From Anthoceros angustus (Eukaryota; Plantae; Anthocerotophyta), in NCBI GenBank assembly GCA_010909165.1, contig VJWM01000126.1, positions 372,001 through 436,000 on the forward strand: a stretch of 64,000 bases of DNA, in the 5' to 3' direction. Within the stretch, counting starts at the first letter, position 1. Every line of letters begins with the position of its first letter. Below are positions 58,614 to 64,000 of the stretch, one piece after another. A program made the position numbers and the translations under genes. The notes under the pieces were generated by a model, which was not told the origin of the DNA, did not search any database, and saw only the letters and a list, made by a program, of their open reading frames with translations.

Positions 58614-61600
58614 ATGACGGAGTCTGCAGCTCCTGCTTTGGCTCCAAGCCAGAGTTTGGCCACTCCGGCTGGCCCGCCCTCCACTCTTGAATTCATCAAC
58701 AGCATGTTCCCTGATGGTGGGTTCTTGCCCTCTGGCGCAGTGGGTTTGGGAAGCGCAGTCCACGCTGATGGAGAGGTTTTTGTGTTGACTTTTTCATTGA
58801 ATGCGGGCTGCAGAAGCATCTTTGGTTGCAGTGGAGCCTCTGTTATTGAAGCTTCGACAGAGAGTAAGGCGTATAGATGCAGAGATGCTTGTGGCTGTAC
58901 GACAGCAGGTTAGGAGCATGGCATGAATTCACCAAGTGCAATTGTAGAAATGTGTAACCCAACCAGAAGGGGTCTGCACTGCCATGATATTGGTCACTGA
59001 GCTTTGACGATGGGTGACCAGAGTACTTCAGGAACGAAGGCGAAGGAGGATCTTGCGTTGGCAACCGATGCCATTCAGGTATATTTGTTACCGTCGTTTG
59101 GCCATGAGGATTCTGGAGTGTCGGATAGTGCGTGGTATGGCTTGGAAAGCTGATTGACTGAACACCATGGCAGGAGCTGTCCCAGAAGATCAAGGCATTC
59201 AGGACCAAAGCTGATGAGAGCGAAGTACTGGTCCAGGATCTGTGTCGGGACATTAAAAAGCTGGACTCTGCTAAGAAACATATTACAACCACAATCACGG
59301 CCCTACATCGGCTTGCAATGCTCGGTTAAGCACGTTGTTGAATCCCTATAGGTGTACTCTTACTTCATTTCTGCAACTGTCTTGAACCTGTGTCCTTCTC
59401 AATGCAGTCGCAGCTGTGGAACAGCTGCAAGAGATGGCAGCCAAGCGTCAATACAAGGAGGCAGCAGGCCAGTTGGAGGTTGTAGCTCTCATGAGTCTGA
59501 AAAGCTTGCGCTTTAGGTCAGACAGTTGGCCATGGTCCTTTCTGTCTGCCTCTCCTACATTGTTCACGGTTCCTTGTCTTCATAGCATCTGGTCTTTTTT
59601 TGCAGGCAGTCAACCAGCTCTGCAGCCATTTCGACGCTTACAAGGACATACCAAAAATCAACGAATTGAAAGAAAAGTATAAGCTCAGCAAGGCAGCCCT
59701 GAAGTCGAGTGTCTCTGCCGAGTTTTCTTAGTATGAGCTTTCACTGATGTCCCTCACAACACAGCGTCACGTCCTTGCTCGTGATTCTATTATGAGGCTG
59801 GGTTGACACGACGTTATTGTACTGCAGTTTGGGAACAGCAGGACTGAAAGATGATCCTCAGTTGATGAAGCAACTGAAGGATGCGTGCTTGGTTGTCGAT
59901 TCTTTGGATACTGCAACACGAGAAGAAATCATCAGGAATATATGTACCAAAGAATTAATTGCTTATCAGCAGATATTCCAAGGGACAGGTAAGTGGGCCG
60001 TTGTGAACTTACAGCTAACTGCTGTCATTGTGTTTACTGAAGTATTTCTATGTCATTTTCTCCCCTTGACCTCTGACCAGAGGTGGCAAGACTCGACAAG
60101 GCTGAACGTCGATATGCCTGGCTAAAGCGCAAGTTACGTGACAATCAAGAAGTCTGGCAGATTTTTCCACCAGCATGGCGCGTGACATATCTGCTTTGCA
60201 TGCAGTTCTGCAAACTAACCAGGTGTGCATATTGCCCTGTCGTCAACCATTCTGTTATATCGTGTAATTCCCTCACTACAGTCTCAGAAACTGCTTTCCT
60301 CATCTGAGTATGTCCGATTCACCATGGAATTCTACACACATGAAGGCAATCTGGCTTTTGGTAGTCTTGACGTTGTGTTCTCTGCTACAGAGCAAATCTA
60401 ATGGAGATCTTGGATGCTGGTGTTGAAAAGCCAGATGTGGCAACCTTGCTTCAGGTGCACTAGTTTTGCATAATCACAGAAAAAAAACAAGTTCATGTCC
60501 CTCAGCTTATGGTTATTCTATCAATCTGGATAGGGTTGGATCTTTTGTTTGCCGAATAATGGTTAGTAACTAAGAACCAGAGTTCTTGATGGGGCTTTGT
60601 TTTGTTTGACAGTGTGATGGGCTACTTTTGCAGGCTCTACAGAGAACCATTGAATTTGAGCAAGACCTTGTGGAAGGTTTCGGTGGTCCAAGGGCGAAAA
60701 CTGGGAGTGATGATGGCTCTGATGGATCGGATGATGAAGTTGTGGATGCTCAAAGTGCTTCAGCAATCAGGAAAAAGTATGAGCTGGAGCTTGCAGCAAA
60801 GGTCAAGCCTTTACTACACCCTATTAGGTTTACAGTGTATCATGTTGAGTGCTTTGCCTTCTGTAGGTCTGGAAAGCTTGGGTGCTTAAAACTCTCGCAG
60901 CAAGATTTGATAACCTGCCCAACTTTTATTTTGTTATCTTCAGAGACGAGTTTCCCAAGACCCGAAGAGGAAGGGCAGTGCAGGGTTGGCTATGGCTGTA
61001 TGTGCAGCATGATATCTTTTCTGCCTTCCTTTCCTTTGTTCCATGGGTACATTGAGGATGTAGTACTTATCTCTCATTAAGTGAACCTTGTGCTTCCTGG
61101 AATTCCAGGTTGCGACACAATTTGATTTCAGCGGCGTTATATCATCTTGTTTTGAACCACATATGGGCGCTTATGTGGAACTAGAAGAGAAAACATTGAT
61201 GGAAACCCTTGAAAGGCTTATACAGGTGCACAGTCTCTAGGTTTTCCAGGCTAGGTTTGTCAATTGTTCTTAATTTTCGATCATGTGGCTGTGGCAGAGA
61301 TGCAGGTCGTCCACACCCCACGCCTTCGTTGAGAAATGCATTGTTGCGTTGTGTTACAGGAGGAGTCATGGGAAGCTGAGCAAGGTAGTCAGACAAACAT
61401 TTTGGCCAGCAGTTCAGAGGTATGTATCGTCTCTTAAGGCAAGTTTGGCACATGAGTATAGGTGTATACGTCTGCACAGCTTTCTCACGGAAAATATTGG
61501 TGGTTCTGTTTTGTCTGATGCGCGAAGATGGTCATGGGAACTCTTTATGCAGATCTTTCTTCTGATAAAAAAAAGCTTCAAACGGTGCACTGCGCTGACG

Positions 61601-63653
61601 AAGAGCCAGACTTTGTTCAGCCTCTACAAGGTATTCCAGTCTAGTGGGCTCCTTGAAGTGTTCTCCACATGAGTGTTCCTCTGACGATTTGGTGCTCGTC
61701 TTACTTGTACAAATTTTCCAGGTCTTTCAGCGTGTTCTTAAAGCTTACTCCGTAAAACTCACAATGCGGTTTCCACGGGCAGAGACTGGCTTGGTTGCTA
61801 GTGCGACTGGAACCGACAGGATTTTAAGGGTACAGAACTGGTCTGTTAGCGTGTTGAGTTGATAATATTATGACATATGGGGTAAGACATACATGCACGT
61901 ATTAACACATCAGTTGATCAGATGAGTGACAGGGAGGAGAGGACTATGTGCTACATCGTCAACACAGCAGAGTACTGCCAGCAAACGGTACAACATTTGG
62001 CAACATTCTTTCATGCTGTCGCTCCTGCTGATGTATAGGTAGGGTGGTCGGTCATGTTGCTATGAAGATGGTGTTTTTTTGTCAACCCATTTGTTGTGTT
62101 GTATTAGGCTGGCCAATTGGCAGAGAGCATAGCACGTGCAATTGATGGTCCACTTGCTGAAAAGATTGACATGTCTGAAGAGCAGGTAAGCAAGCACCAG
62201 AATTGCTGATGTCTGTTGTAGAGACGTTTCTTCAGCTGCGGTGCGCATCTGTACTACTCAAACATAATATTAGGTGCGCAGGGTGAGTTCTCCGCTGTAA
62301 CAACGAAAGCCCTTTCAACTCTAGTGATAGGGATTGAGACAAAGCTTGACGCTGAGCTAGCCAACATGACCAGGGTAAACTGGGCCGCGATTGAGGCTGT
62401 TGGAGATCAGTCTGAGTAAGCCCAATGCATTTCCGTATGTCGTAACACGCTTTTACTGGAGTTGCACCCTTGACTCGTCCGTGTGTCTGTTGATCTCCTC
62501 CTCAGACACTGTTTCATTGTTTCTGGAACAGGTATGTTACTGCCATCAGCCACATCCTATCGAACAGTGTTCCTCCTATTGCTAGCTTGTTGTCTCCTGT
62601 CTTCTTCCAGTTCTTCATAGACAAGGTACAATGCATTGTCTGCATGCCTCTGTTCTACGATGTCAGCTTGTTAGGTGTAGAGAGATCTCTGATCCACGAG
62701 CTGTCTGCAGTTATCAGCGTCATTTGCCCCAAGATTCCAGTTCAGTATCTACAAGTGTAGAAGAATATCTGAGACTGGAGCTCAACAGGTCCGCCACCGC
62801 TACTCTTTCAGGAAGGAACCTAAATACTGAACGATACATCTGATCGATCATTCTGCCTTCGTGTGTGCAGCTGCTGCTTGACACACAGGCAATTAAGACT
62901 CTTCTGCTCGAAATACCATCTCTGGGTGGTCAGGTGCGTTCACTATCATGGTTGGCAGTGGATGTTCATTTCCACATCTCCCACGATTTTGACCTTGCTG
63001 TCATGCAGAGTAGCACCCCAGCTACTTACAGTAAGTACGTCACCCGAGAAATAGCCAAGGCGGAATCTCTTCTCAAGGTACGAGCTCCATTTTCACAGTT
63101 CCACGACCCACAGAACCTGTGAGGCCCTTGCGTTGATCAAAACACTCCAATGGCGAGTACAGGTAATCTTGTCACCAGTGGAGGCCATAGCGGACACGTA
63201 TCGAGCTCTATTACCAGAGGGTACAGCTGCAGATTTCCAGCGGATACTCGACCTGAAGGTCGGCATCTTTAGCAAGGCCTGTTCTCAACTCATGAAACCC
63301 TTGCCCTGCTTCCTCACGTTCGGTTTAACGTGCAGGGCTTGAAGAGGCAAGAACAGCAGTCCCTCGTAGATTACTACAGCAGGCGTGGCGTTGGAGGCAT
63401 GAACGTTGCAGCACCGTCCGCTCCGTCTGTAGCCTTACCTGGAGTTGCCTCCATGCTCCATTCTCCCATACCCCTAGGCGGTGCTACAAAAGACGCGATG
63501 ATGGCCAAAGCCGCAGCGGCCGCAGCTGCGGGCAAAGCTGCAGCGGCTGCTGCGTCTGCGACCGGACTCAAGCGCATTTTCCAACTCGCGGAATCCGCTA
63601 AAGAAGGGGCTGCCAAGAAGGAGGGTACCTTCCGCAAGCTGTTCAACTCTTAG
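58614..63653 (+). CDS. VPS53: Vacuolar protein sorting 53 (GARP/EARP subunit, HIT1), more than 20 exons
   Basis: STLEFINSMFP; ICRDIKKLDSAKKHITTTITALHRL; LDKAERRYAWLKR; IVNTAEYC; QLLLDTQAIKTLLLEIP; AESLLK/VILSP; DFQRILDLK/GLK. All inspected introns are GT-AG. Confidence 0.95.
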
Positions 63654-64000
63654 CACACGCTAGCCCGCAGAGTTGGACAGTTGGCTTATCCTGCTCGGCT
63701 TCCACATCGATAACTTCGAAAATCAGTGGAAGGGCCGCCTTGAGTTCAGCTCCCTTCACTTCTGTAGGCAATCCTTCACCCGAGCACACAACTGTCCTGC
63801 GAATTCCACATCTGTTTTGTGAAATTGTAGGAACGACGTTCCGTTTCCAGCAAAATGTGCTCGCGAGTCTCAGTGCACCTCTTTCCTTGCAAAGTCGGCA
63901 ACACCCTAGCCCCTGCAAACAGCCAGACTTCACGGATGTGATGCCGCTCGACAGTAACCCTGAAGCTGGTATGCCGCCATCGCCAGGTAAGTCTCGGTAG

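Noticed and set aside
63740-64000. Open frame running to the window end
   Set aside because: No recognisable homology; it may be UTR or the 3' end of a minus-strand gene outside the window.

Overview
Gene-dense nuclear DNA from a seed-free land plant, most likely a hornwort. This is inferred from the short GT-AG introns, tight gene spacing and a PLS-PPR protein ending in a KPAxA...HAE...GRP-type DYW domain. Host genes in order: PHIP1-like RRM protein (+), SEUSS-like co-regulator (-), MYCBP/AMY-1-like protein (-), PDF-motif/PPR/DYW:KP(GRP) editing factor with one frameshift (+), a small 3-exon basic protein only 72 nt upstream of an intronless palmitoyl-protein thioesterase (+), UBE3D/HECT_2 (-), NINJA/AFP co-repressor with one frameshift (-), NAR1/GOLLUM (-), MAP1A (+), a DVL/RTFL peptide (+) and VPS53 (+). 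Two repeat islands interrupt the genes. The first (~13.3-29.2 kb) holds an LTR, a complete but decayed Ty1/copia element with a GTCAT target-site duplication, a second internally deleted copia with duplicated LTR segments, and a tRNA-like relic. The second (~40.2-50.4 kb) holds a minisatellite built from a retrotransposon endonuclease-coding segment, a RING-H2 pseudogene, a 5'-truncated CRE-type non-LTR element and a 754-bp tandem duplication. The best leads are the fusion of an OSB-type PDF ssDNA-binding motif to a candidate U-to-C editing PPR protein, and a possible bicistronic locus at 31.4-33.0 kb. Some frameshifts look like sequencing or polishing indels. All homology calls come from motif recognition, not database searches.
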